Shown here: in pieces, positions 17,930 through 30,350 of the stretch
Layout of the letters: each line of letters opens with the position of its first letter
Position numbering within the stretch: position 1 is the first letter of the stretch
Assembly: GCF_001194135.2 (NCBI RefSeq)
Contig: NC_068992.1
Coordinates: forward strand, 37,898,097 to 37,943,926
Direction of reading: 5' to 3'
DNA length: 45,830 nucleotides
DNA from: Octopus bimaculoides
Lineage: Eukaryota
Program-made: the position numbers and the translations under genes
The notes under the pieces: model-generated
Seen by the model: only the letters and a program-made list of their open reading frames with translations
Database searches by the model: none
What the model was told of the DNA's origin: nothing

Positions 17930-20900
17930 ATTTTTTTTTATACCACAATGGACAGGTTTTCTTGAGCACAGCAAATTGCCAATTATTTCAGATTTTTCTC
18001 ACCTCCTCCATAAGGCTCAGTATCTTGAGATCAGCATTCACTACTTTATTCAATGTCTTCCTGGATTTCCCTTTTCCACAAATTCCAGCCACTTTAAGCA
18101 ATTGTTGTCAACAATATGCAAGGTCAAACTAGTGCAGTCTTCTCTCTTGCACACTACATCTGATTCCTCTTATGCCTAACTTTCCTCTGAATACATGAGC
18201 ACTTTGTTATACAGGTACACTGAAGTTGCACATCCAATGGAGCATACTAGTTTCATTCCTTTCTAGTCTTTGCATGTCCTAAACACTCAGGGCTCACAGC
18301 TCACTACCATTACTGTTCATATACAAGTGCCATACAATCTGCATTTCACTTAGAGAGAGACCTTTTGTTGTCAACAGAGGCAATAGCTCTCTGAACTTTC
18401 TCCATCCCGTACTAGTAACTACACTTTTAGAATAGCAAATTAGGTTACCCAGGTATTTTAGGTATCATTAGTCTTTATGGCACCTGTGCATCCTCCCACA
18501 CAAACACTGCTTTCTCCACTAACCTTCCTGTGATTCCACAGCACTTCTTGTGTGTCCATAGCTTGCACTGAGTACACCATATGAAATTCCTGCCTACACC
18601 TTTCCTACAGATGGAATGAAGCCATTTACTTGAAGCTTGTAGAACCCAGTCTGTTTTCCTGCTTACTAGCACTTTGGTCTTTGCTAAATTAACTTTAAGG
18701 TCCTTTAATTTCAGGTTTTGCTTCCACATCTGAAATTTCTTTTCTAATTCTCTTACAGATTCCACTATGGGTACAAGAGCATCAGCACATAGTAGTTCTT
18801 AGGGGCAGCAAGTCTTAAATTCCTCTGTGGTGGCCTAATGGAAAATAATGAATAGTAAGGGACTAAGAACTGAGCCCTGGTGAACACCTAACAGTACACT
18901 AAATTCATCACACTACTCATGGCTAACTTTCACCATACTGACAGTGTTCCTGTACATGGTTTGTATGGCTTTCACAAACTGTTTGTCTACCCTTGGCTTC
19001 CTTAGAGACCACTATATCATATATAGGAACTCTGTTGATGGCTTTTGCCAGATCAATGAATGCTAAGTACAATGGTTTACTCTAAGCAAATTACTTCTCA
19101 TGTAGTTGTCTCAGAAGATAGCATCAGGAGTACTTCTCCCCAACACCAAACCAAACCAAACTGCATCTCATCTAGTCTAATTCTCCTAATTGGGCTATAA
19201 CTCTCTCTGTAACTTTCATGACCTGATTCAGCAATTTGTTACCTCTGTAATTACTTCTGTCTAATCTAAGGCACCCCTATTTACCCTTGTAGCAGTTGAC
19301 AATACTGGCACACCAGTCATTGGAGATGACACTTTGCTTGAATAACCTGATTAATCATCATTATCATCATCATCATCGTTTAATGTCTGCCTTCCATGCT
19401 AGCCTGAGTTGGACGATTTGACTGAGGACTGGTGGAGCCCGAAGGCTACACCAGGCTCCAATCTGATTTGGCAGAGTTTCTACAGCTGGATGCCCTTCCT
19501 AACGCCAACCACTCCGAGAGTGTAGTGGGTGCTTTTACGTGCCACCAGTACGAAGGCCAGTCAGCTGATACTGGCAAAACTACTCCTCCAGATATTTTAA
19601 ATCTCTGTAGTAGTTTCTAATGGAGTAGGGGTTTTCTCTGTCTCCATATCCTCAATGACCTTATCTATCATACTACTGTCAACTAGGAAAGTTAGTTCCC
19701 TTTGTTAGGTCCATATTGGGAAGACTCCCTTTTATCCATGCATTCTTCACATTTAATAACCTTTCAGAATAGCACTTCTACAACTCTTTTCAGAATGACT
19801 AAATGCAAGCATACCATTATCCACCCATACACTTTTATCATCCACAACATCTCGATTCTAGCAATCCGAAAATATTGCATATCTGATCCTCATGTTGTAA
19901 GACATAGGCAAGCCTCTTCCTTTCTGCTTCTGTCCTTGCTAAATTGACCTGTCACCTAGATTCCCCTCAAGCGACTTGATATAGCTCTTTGCTGCCTCTG
20001 TTGTTCTAGTCTTTCCAACCCTGACTTTGCACTTTTATAGTCCTGTCTATCTCATTGTTCTATCACTATTTTGCCCCTGATCTTGTTGAAATTTTGTATT
20101 TGTTACAGATTTGATGTGTAGCCTTCTGTAGGTTGTCTCCTACATGCTTCCAGCTGTCCTCTCTGTTAAACATCACTATTTCTTAACAGATGTTTTAATT
20201 AGAACATTTCTAAATTCTGCTTGCTTAATGTATCTTTAAGCTTCCATACTTTATTTTTACAATCTGGTTTGCATCTCTAGTCCATCTAGTCCTAAGTCTG
20301 AAGTCACTCACCATTAACCTATGTTGAGTTGTGAAGGACTTCACATTTACAAGTATCTGTTTATTCTAGTTTCTGGGGAGAATGGAGTCAATCTGGCTTG
20401 TGTGCCCTGTTTCCTGAAGTTAGTGTTGCACATCAACAAGTCACTTGCAACACAGAACTCAAGCAACCTTGTTCCCTCCTCATTTCTATCACCAAAACTG
20501 TAACTGACATGCATGCCATGAAATCCATTGGAGTGCTGTCAACATGCCTGGTGACATCATCAGCCATGATAATAAGGTCATTGTCTCTCATCGTCAAGAT
20601 ATCTGCAAAAGGGACTCATAGAAATGATCCTGTTCATCTGCCAGTCCAGAGTGTGGAGTATAAGTAGAGAGAAATGCCACTGTTAGTTTAATAATCCTAC
20701 CACACATACCCTGACTATTTTGATCACCTTATCTACCCATTTCTCTGCCAAAAGTATACCTACACTACCCACCCTACTGCTACTCCCCATCCAGAAGAAT
20801 TTCTATCTACTTTCTTTGCCCACAAGCAGTCTAGCTGAGGTTTCTTCCCACTGAACTTCTTGCACATAGCACATGTCTACATGCCTCCACTCTAGCAGTT

Positions 20901-20960
20901 CAACAATCTACTTTTCATTGATTGTGGTGGCTCTAAGTTTGTGAAGGTGAGAAGAGTGAG
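17930..20960 (-). mobile_element. Older, heavily decayed near full-ORF RTE LINE
   Basis: APE start near 20950 (HKLRATT...RHVDMCYVQEVQW), RT remnants, ICRKGVGRNFIWCTQCKLWTHKKC at 18475-18765, C-terminus to about 17930. Confidence 0.85.
19355..19577 (-). mobile_element. Younger RTE tail nested in the older LINE
   Basis: Standard tail with (GAT)n interrupts host RT between ...ATCTGGAGGAGTAG and TTAATCAGG. Confidence 0.88.
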
Positions 20961-21027
20961 AGAATACTAGGGGAACTATATAAAATATTTAGTGGTTATA
21001 CTAGAAACAAAAAGTAAAATGCCTTAC

Positions 21028-21105
21028 GTTTCATCACTAGGTTTGGCCATGTGTGAGCATGCAGAGCTTGTATTATTCTGCTTATTCCATATGACTCTTG
21101 GAAGT
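21028..21105 (-). CDS. AAGAB: Internal coding exon of AAGAB (78 bp, phase 1 to 1)
   Basis: Bounded by ttattctcttccAG and GTaagg. Translates (D)FQESYGISRIIQALHAHTWPNLVMK, compared with recalled human [26 protein letters not shown]. Confidence 0.92.
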
Positions 21106-21199
21106 CTGGAAGAGAATAAAGTATTATTAATGCAATACAAATGATGTGGAAATGTAAACAATACATATTTTTACATATCAGCTCATGGAAAAGCTAATC

Positions 21200-21665
21200 A
21201 TTTTACATATTCCTGATCTCTCTCCTCAGCCAAGTAACCTCGTACTTCCTCTACAGCAAGACACCAATTTCTGTCTCTCTGTCTCACTCTAGCCTTTCAT
21301 CATTCGACACAAGATCACCTCCTCCAATGCCCCCTCCACTCTTGAAAGTTTTTTTTTTTGTCTTACAAGTACTTGGTAACCCTGTCAGTGAAGGTACCAC
21401 TTAAAAGCACCCAGTCCACACTGTAAAGTGGTTGGTGTTTGGAAAGGCATCCAGCTGTAAAAGCTCTACCAAAACTAACCTTGCCTATGCTCGTGCCATG
21501 TCCACTCTGCTGAGTGGTTGGTGTTAGGAAGGGCTTTCAGCAGTAAAAAATCTAGCCAAAACAGTCACAGAAGTCTGATACAGACTTCTGCCTGGCTGGC
21601 TCTTGTGAAACCATCCCACCCATGCTAGCATTGAAGGTGGACATTAAATGATGGTGATGATGATG
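21200..21665 (+). mobile_element. RTE 3'UTR of a diverged subfamily ending in (GAT)n
   Basis: Two copies of the gtggttggtgtt(a/t)ggaa(a/g)ggc block; ends catgctagcattgaaggtggacattaaatgatggtgatgatgatg. Confidence 0.75.
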
Positions 21666-22424
21666 AAAGGTCCATTGATCAGTTTCTGAATGTAAGTAGA
21701 TGAGATCATTTTTACAATGGAGAGGAATCTAGTACATAACAGTAATTTTCTGTGGAAAGCCAGGTGTCTATTTTCTGACAAATTAAACTGAACAATGATT
21801 AAGATCTTGCCTGAAAACTTGCTAGAAGTAACAGCTAAGTCTCCCTCAAATCACACACAACCATTTAAAAAAGCAAATGAAGCTTCAGAAAATGTAGTTC
21901 TATAGACTCCTATAAAGATGGGATGGTCATGACTGGAATCTTTTCATGATAGGTCAATTGCTGCATGATGATGAAGCCATAGCCTATATACTGGTTGCCA
22001 GATACTGTATATCAGGGTAGCTCTTAAAATTAAAAATTACTAACTTATTATGAAATAATATATGTAAAAAAATTATAAATCTGAATTAAGAACCTTTAGT
22101 CAGGTTAGTGAAAGAGTTTTGTAAAATATCAATACTAACAGGTCAGAATTAGCTGAGCATATATTTGATTGGAGAAAACGATGAGATCATTACAGTTTAA
22201 TTACCTGGCACTAAGGCTGATGAAAAGTTTAGCTATTCAATAAAATTTAGTTTAATTTATGTATAAAGCTCTAATATAAACAATACTGTATTATATAGAC
22301 CAAAGAATGCTAATATTGCAAAAGAGAATATTAAAGGATATTAAGCTGCAATATGAAGACAGTAAATAGCAGTGGTCTTTCACTTTATAGAAGAAAGTAG
22401 AAGTACATATTCTTGCATATGTGC

Positions 22425-25400
22425 TTCATCATCATTCTTGTCATCATCTAATGTCCACTTTCCATGATGGCATGGATTGTATGGTTTGACAGGATCCAGC
22501 AAGTTGCAAGGCTACATTGAATACTGTCAGCTTTGGCATGTTTCTAAGGCTGGACAGCTTTCCTAATGCCAAGTACTTTACAGTGTATGGAGTGCATTTT
22601 TCATACCATGAGCTCTAGTGACATTGCCAAGTAACTTGCAAAGCAAAGAAAGAAAATAAAAGGGAAAAGGAAAAAGCCTCTCCAACTAAATGGGGGTGGG
22701 TGGGTAGTATTTGAGATGGGGAGGAGGGCAATGGGTCTATGCCAGGTGTTAGGAGGCTAGAGTGTGACGGAAGAACAAGCCTAGGTATCTTGCAATTGAG
22801 ATCAGGCTTGCCAAATGTATTTTGATGAAAGTACTAGATTTAGCAAAAAAACAAAAAGTACCAAATTTTGCTCAAAAAGTACCAAAATTTTAATTTATAA
22901 TATTTTGCCTATAAATCAACTGAAATGCATAATATGTATTATTTATAATATACAGGGCTTTATTTTAAAGTGACCTACACATATTTAATGTACTTACTTT
23001 ATAATTAGAAGGTTGCATCATCAATAGAGTGAGGTTCATCTTTGTACCAATGTCCTTGTCCTTCTTTTATTTTAGCACAAAGCTCTGCATCAGGTGTATA
23101 AGTTGTGCAGTTTACATCATGAAGAAGACTTTTTGAATGCAGTAGAGCATTGATTGTTTGGGCATGCAGTTTAGACCTATTCTTGAATTTAATGTTATTT
23201 AGGACTGAAAATATTCTCTCAGCTGCAGCTGAAGAATGTGGTAATGGTAGGAGCTGAAACATAAAGCATGATAAGACTGCATAACAAGCTTCATCTCCAG
23301 ATTTTTCCTAAGAAATTTTATCCCTATAATCTTCTGGTTTGGTAGCTTCAGTTATGTCATTGTTATTTTGAAGTTATCTCCTTTCTTTACTCAGAGCTTG
23401 AATCTGACTCTCCTGAACAATATTTAGAAATTTGCATGCCAGAGGAACAATTGAACTTGGACTATTGTAATCACGAATACTAACTAGGTCTAGTGCCTCT
23501 AGAAGCTTCTGATTACGGAAAAAATCATGTGCAAAGAAGCACTGAAAAAATTCTTTTACAAGGCGCAAATAAGAACTTAATGTTTTCACATGAAACTGTT
23601 TCAATTCAGTTGTACTAATAGACGAAGCTTTTATGCAAATGCTTTCAACTTTTGCTCCTCTGTAAATTTCAGTTATGGGAAGCTAAACAGATGGATCACT
23701 GATGTTAATTTCATGTAGTTCTTTATTTTTCATAATTTCTTTTATAATAAAATTGCCAAGTATTCATTTAACAGTACATGCGATAAATTTGTACAATTTG
23801 TGCATTCTATAGCTTTCTGATTGGAAATCTAAGTTCAATTTAATAATATCTGGTAAAATATATGCTAAAAATGCATAATGTATCTCTGTGATTGGATTTG
23901 TTAATGAGTTCAGCACTTGTTATCTTCAATAAAATAACACTAGAGCAAGCCACTGTTCTAGTATTCTTTTGAAAACTTGTTCTAAAGATAGCCACCTTGT
24001 ACAATTTACATGTAATAATTTATGAGGATCTGCTTGAGTAAATGCCTGAAATTCTTCATAATCCTGCAGTTTCTTTGGGCTTTTAACAAGATCTAAACAT
24101 GAAGGTAATTCTGAACATGCCTTTGATGCACAGATATGCATAGAGTGACAGACACAACCCTGAGAGAGGGAACTTTGTTCTTCAGTAATGCCTGTACACC
24201 TCCCTTCTGTCCCATCATTGCACTAGCAAATCCTATCAAATTTTCAAAAGGAATATCATGCAAGGTGAAGAATCTTTCAATAGAGGAAAAAATTTCATTA
24301 TCAGAGTAATCCTTGGCTTACAAAAGAATTAAATAACTATCAATAATTTTTTTTGAGTGCTACAATCATAAAATCTAGCTAACGGAACAAGCTGTTTTTT
24401 TGTACTTACATCAGTAGTTTCAACAATTAATGAAAACTTGCACTCTTTTAACTGTTTAATGAGGTTTTTAAAGTAATAAGGACCTAAAACATTTTTATGT
24501 ATTTGAGCATCTTTGGTTCTTTCACATTTTATATCTTTAACTATTTTGGAATCAGGACATACATTATGAATTGGCAAATGATCCATAAGCCTCACTGGTA
24601 AGATGTGTTCTACAATGAAGGAACAAAGCTTAAGTTCCACAGTTGCTATGTTTGTAATATGAACAGAAGTTGTATGCTGCAGCAAGTCAGTCAGCTTTCC
24701 GCTTTTAATTTCTGAATTAACATTTTTAATATGTTTATCTGTTTTTCTGTGCCTCTCCAGATGAGTTACACTGCCTTGAATTTCATGACAAAATTTACAG
24801 TATACTCTCTTGATATTTGTTTTAATTGATGAAAATCAAGAATCCAATAAAAGTTTGTTCAATAATTTATGATTATATTGTTTAATTCTTTTCTTGGTGG
24901 AGTTAAACCTAAGTCAATTTCATCACTGCTTTTATCTTTTGTATTCTTGCTCATCATGAGGGTTATTAATCGCTCATAATTGATAAAGTTTAACAAGATA
25001 GTAAGGAAACACTTGTCACTTACGTATAAAACATGCTACTGACTGGCATTAGAGGCAGCAAGCCAGCGATACTAGATGGCATGTACGATACATGTATTGA
25101 ACACATTCTATACCAACTAGCTACCAATTAGCTATAAACTGTCTTGTTATAAAGTGTCACAAAATATATTTTGATACAAAATAGTTAGTCCAATAGTAAT
25201 GTAATGTATTTATCGTTATATTGTTCACTTAAATACGCTGTAAACTTATTTTTTACATAAAGCAAAAAAATTTGAAAAGGTACCAAATTATTGTAGTGTA
25301 GTACCAAAAGTATTACTGCACACCAAAAGTACCAAATTTGGTACAATAGTACCAGGTTTGGCAAGCCTGATTGAGATACAAGGCTATCCCATATTATATA

Positions 25401-25520
25401 AGGGTGGGTGGGAGTAGCTGGAAAGCTGAAAAGAAGACAGAAGTGGTGATGAAATGCTGGAGCATCTCAAAATACAAGGTAGGTGTAGAACAGGGTCCAG
25501 AAATGGATTGTAAGTAGAGA
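22425..25520 (-). mobile_element. RTE 3'UTR split by the hAT insertion (22425-22802 and 25370-~25520)
   Basis: Tail catcatctaatgtccactttccatgatggcatgg at about 22440; purine-rich UTR continues on both sides of the TSD. Confidence 0.7.
22803..25369 (-). mobile_element. Complete hAT DNA transposon (2567 bp) with inactivated transposase
   Basis: 13-bp perfect TIR CAGGCTTGCCAAA/TTTGGCAAGCCTG; 8-bp TSD ATTGAGAT (22795-22802, 25370-25377); repeated GTACCA subterminal motifs; BED-like YCKFC...HLERHRKTDKH, FSLIV-ETTD, TRWLS, PHSSAAAERIFS motifs; frameshifts and stops. Confidence 0.97.
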
Positions 25521-25819
25521 CATAAATTCATTTAATTTATTCAAACATGGAGAAATATGTTAAATAAAATGATGATAATCTTAGAGGTGATTATTGAAGT
25601 CCGATGGGTATGAAGAAGCTAAGTATAAATTTCAGATCATTAGAACTTTAGAAGATATACATGAATCTGCCAAAATTATGGTCTGTATTACTAGTACTAC
25701 TAGTAAAGATATTAAAGTGAAATTAAGTGGCTATTAAATCTCTGTCTTCAGACAGTATTATTTCAAACTATAGAAATAATACAAAACATACTAAGCTCTT
25801 CTCTACCCAGTCAATTCCT

Positions 25820-26050
25820 GTATACCAGTAGATTCTGATAACAGTCAAAGCAGAATTGGACAAGACAAATTTGGTCAGAGTATAATAGTTTCTCTGCATT
25901 TAATGTTGGTAGTGTGCTCCCCAGCATTGTAGTAGCTATTTCTGTGTGAATGTGTTTCTTATGATTGTCTGGGTTAAATGAAAGATAGGTAGTGCTTTTA
26001 GGATATTGTAGCAATAGTGCTGTGGTGCTGTATGTGACTAGATGTTTGAG
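25820..26050 (-). mobile_element. Possible very old Penelope-like RT remnant
   Basis: YLSFNPDNHKKHIHTEIATTML and LTKFVLSNS loosely resemble the PLE RT pattern LSFDV.NLYTNI...L..FVL.NN; weak. Confidence 0.25.
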
Positions 26051-27379
26051 GTGTGAAAGGGATTTTTGGAGTTTGAAATTTTCTATGACAATAAACTGCA
26101 CATCTCACATGTCTTGATGGTCTTTCATTTTTAGTATTTTTGATACTTTGTGTAGGTGGTCTGTGAGTAGGGTTTGTGCATGTGTATGATGCATAGTAAA
26201 CTGCTTTGTTGTCATTGTTGTTGTTCTTTTTTGTCAACCAAATATTGTTCCTGTGATTGCTGAGAGTATGTTTATGCATTGCTTTGGTTTCTTCATTATA
26301 TCTTTTATTTGCTAGGTCTGGGGGAAGGGGTAGTCTCTGTAGAGAGTGCTGAAATTGATGTTATTAACATCGACATCATCACTGGGGTGAGCTGAATAAG
26401 ATTCACATGATTGATCCTTCATCTTACGTGATATGTAACAGTCCCTTTCTTTTATATCCTTCCACAGGTTGGTATCAATAAATTACGTAGCGGAGGTTTA
26501 ATCAATGTGTTCACACGATGTACTTTGTGAGACTACCAAAACACTCTCTTGACTACTACCGACCTCTACTCTTTATAAGAGTTTGGCTAGTCCATTCTCC
26601 AATCTGCCAAGGGTGTCAATGACTCTCGCCACAACACTTTCAATGAAATCTATATCTTTCCAGGGACTATAACCATTTTCAAGTGCTCAAAGTAAGGCAT
26701 TACTAATCAGCCTTATTCACACTTCTCCAACAGTATCTAACTAAATGAACTTTTTTTCTCTAATAGTCTCTGATACTTTTAGAAGCTTCTTGAACAATCT
26801 TTATCTGGTGGGGGTGTTCTTTTCAGAACACATTCAAAAAAGAATGAAGCATACATTTAGGGGTATAAGGAATTTTGGCACAGCAGTATTGGCTTTGCCT
26901 ATTTGATGTCATTGATTCAATGCTGAACTTAATAAAACTTGACATCAGATGTTTTGTCTCCTTGTAAAATGGAAACTTTACCTAAGAACTTTAAACAGGG
27001 AAGATTGAACAAACAATCATTCAAAAGCAGCCCATTATTAATTACAATATGAACTTAGTATTCAATGTCCAATGATAAAGAAATTAAGAGATGGGCTACA
27101 TAAAATACAGAAAGGGAGAGATGCACAATATGAACATTTATAAGTTCAATATGAACCACACCAAAAACTTGATTATGTGTATGTGTGCATATTTTTTCTT
27201 AATGTCATATGGAGAGAGGACATGTCTGTAGCAATCAGGGTCATTTAGTACATTTTATTCTCTCTTTATGAGTGTGAGCATATTTCTCCTTATGTGAATG
27301 ATGAAAGGGAAATTCAACTAGGTTCAATTAATAAATTGTGATCTCTGTCTTTTGCTCTGTATATATTTCTCTGTGTTAG

Positions 27380-27720
27380 TGTGTGTGTGTTGGCCTCCAG
27401 TGCCAAAAAGTACAGTCACCAAAAAAGCCACTGCCAAAGTAGGTTCAGTGTCTAGTCAGTTGTATCAAACCATCAGCATGCAAATGTCCTATTGTCCCCT
27501 TTTGTACATTTATAGGTACCAACCGAGTATAGTTTCAAAACTACTGGTTAGTGTCCAGGTGGAAGAGCCATAAAGTAACATATTGTACTGGAGAAGTTCC
27601 TTTCCCAATTTCTCTGAGAATTTAGATTTCCATATTACACTGGGGGTGTTGTTTAATATTTTGATGTATTGGGTAGTTATGATAATGTAGTAGTGTGCAA
27701 CCAAATAGGCTTAAGGGCAG
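27380..27720 (-). mobile_element. Old RTE RT C-terminal remnant of another family
   Basis: IWKSKFSEKLGKELLQYNMLLYGSSTWTLT. Confidence 0.65.
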
Positions 27721-27799
27721 TTAATATCTGATAAAGATTCAGTTTGGATCAGGAGTGTTTAAAGTATCTGTGTTTTGGCCAGAGACCCATGTGGGGGAT

Positions 27800-28200
27800 A
27801 AAACAAAACTGATGTAGAGTACAGAGAGGAGACAATTGCAAAAGATTCACTTTCTGCAGCATCAGTATGAAATGAGTTGTGAACATTGAAGTTACCAAAG
27901 ATGGAAAGGGTTCAATTGAATTATATGTCCTCAAAACAAGAGATACAGTTGAGAGTTGGAGGTGGATGAGGATTTTAGATAGTGGTGGAAGGTGTATTTT
28001 GAAGAGTGAAGAAAGGAGACTGTGAACCAGAGTAACTGGAAGTGTTTGTGGCTAATATTCAGGTTAGAGTAGTGACTGGTGGGGCAGGTGGAATTTATAA
28101 ATGCACAAACACCATCTGTCTGAGTAATGTTTGAGAATAGAATGTACCCTGATAACATATTGATAGAATTTGAGATTCATGTTTCACAATGAAATAGGAT
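27800..28200 (-). mobile_element. Old CR1/Jockey-like AP-endonuclease remnant
   Basis: DGVCAFINS...QLLWFTV and IFGNFNVH-like motifs. Confidence 0.45.
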
Positions 28201-29419
28201 GTGGGGTTTTCATGTTAGTAAAAGGTGATGCATGGAGTTAAGATTGAACTGAAATCTACATATATTAGATAAGAGCAGGGAGAATTAACCAGTGATTTTA
28301 GTTCTGGTTTTTGGAGAAGTATAATGGGTGACAGTACATTGACAGGTCACAAAAACCCTTGCCAGAAGCCTGGTATAAATGCTTATAATGGAACCAACTC
28401 TGTTAAAGGCACTTATGGGGCAGGTGGTAGAGTTAAACCAAGAGGTGTGATGTATCTATCACTTATAAAAAAGGAATGATTAGAGGCATCCTCTAAATCA
28501 TTTTATAATGGGACTTCATTAGAGACGATCAAGAGACCAAAGGCCAAGCAGCATTCAGATAGCAATTCATTAATAGAGTGTACTGAGGACAACACTAGAA
28601 GGAGAAAACAGGAATGAACGAGAAGGCTAGCTGTATTTGGAAGGTGTTATTTTAATTTTGTTGTGGTGTCAGATTTGTATATGATTTAGAGTCAGTGTAG
28701 TTCAGCAGCAGTACCTGGATTCAGTGTGATGCCATTTGTGTATAAAACTAATTGATCTGTGGGAGTTTGAGAAGGAGAAATGAAGGTATTAAGAGTAGGT
28801 ACAAACAGATGAAATAGAACTGAAGCTCAGTGTGCCTGGTGTGATTAACAGTGCAAACAGTCAAACACATACTGAACTAGTTCAAATGTTAATGGTAGCA
28901 TTTAATGGTGATGTTGACTGCTTTTTACTCTGTTTATGTCAAGCCATGTATATATGAACAATTAAAAGAGTGAGTGGTTAATCTACATTCAAATAACAGA
29001 ACTGTCACTCATAAACAACTTATCAATGAAGGTGAAGGGATAAGATATCTAGAAATTAATGAAGATCTGTAAGCTACTAAATGAGCACTATGTATTTGAA
29101 AGAAAGAGCTGAGTTAAGTTGCATTAAGTGACTATATTTGAAGAATTGGTTGGTACATGTAAGAGAGGAAAATATAGTGAAATAATAAAGATGGATGAAA
29201 TACAAAAGATGACAGGAGGTTATGAACTGAGAGTTATAGAAAACTGATGTTAAGTAGAATTGCTCATTCAACATCAGTAGAGAAAAGAAATTGATAAGAA
29301 GCCTCCATGATTTAATCTTTTTAGTGAAACTGATCATCCCTCCACTCAGCTGTTCACACTAATCAGTTGTGGATTGGATGAGGTACTTCCAGTGTTAGGT
29401 GATTGGCCCAATCCATCAG

Positions 29420-29640
29420 CACCAAGATGGAATTTGAACTTGAAAAGAGCCAAAACAGATATTACAGGGCATCTCATCTGATGTCCTAACAAGTCTGCCA
29501 ATCTACCACCTTAAACTGCTACCTTATCAATCCCAAAAGGATGAAAAATGAAGTTGACCACAGTCATATTTGACATTAGAGCAGAGAGAGCCAGAACAAG
29601 TACTGTAAAGCATTCTGTCTGATGCTCAAATAAATGTTAG
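29420..29640 (-). mobile_element. Decayed SINE fragments related to the 37.2-37.7 kb family
   Basis: ggaatttgaact (B box) and ttatcaatcccaaaaggatgaaa...gttgacc blocks. Confidence 0.55.
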
Positions 29641-30097
29641 TTCATCACCAAGACATTCTCTTCAACATATAAAGGGAACCTGTGCAACCTATAGTTGTTT
29701 ATGAATGACAATCTTGTTGTCTGAACTCTACTCAACAAATACACACATATGCATGTGACATTTGCTACATAGAAACAAAAATGACAAAATCACACTATAC
29801 TTTTCATTTCTCAGATATACCTATATGAGCTGACAACACAAACAAAAGAAAAAGTAGCCAGAGGATTGGTGAGGAAGACAATGATAATTTAATTTGTGTA
29901 AAATAAAAGATAACTGTTTGTAGAAAAAAGATTTATTAAAAAAGATTTGACTTAAACGGTATAAACTAATCTTTTCACATAGCTGTTCAAAAATAAATAA
30001 ATAAATAAATAATTTGATGTCAATCCTTTGGAAAAGTGAAAGTAATCAGTATACTAAAAATGAAGTTTTAAGACAATTTATTGAAGTAAAAACAAAC

Positions 30098-30184
30098 CTT
30101 CTTCTTCATTTAAGTCAGGTTTCAATTCCACTAGTTCCATTGCATTCTCTACACACCATTTTAAAACTGTCATTCGAGGGACAG
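30098..30184 (-). CDS. AAGAB: Internal coding exon of AAGAB (87 bp, phase 1 to 1)
   Basis: Bounded by ttttcAG and GTttgt. Translates (A)VPRMTVLKWCVENAMELVELKPDLNEEE, compared with recalled human [30 protein letters not shown]. Phase matches both neighbours. Confidence 0.9.
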
Positions 30185-30350
30185 CTGAAAATAATAATAA
30201 TAATAATAATAATTTCTTTATTGACCACATTAAGAAAAACATTATGGACAGTACAGGACAAAACAAAGGTGTGTGTGTATATGTGTTGTTGTTGTGAGGA
30301 TTTTGCATGTAAACAAGTTTTAAAATGGCAAAAAAAAAATTAACAATGTA

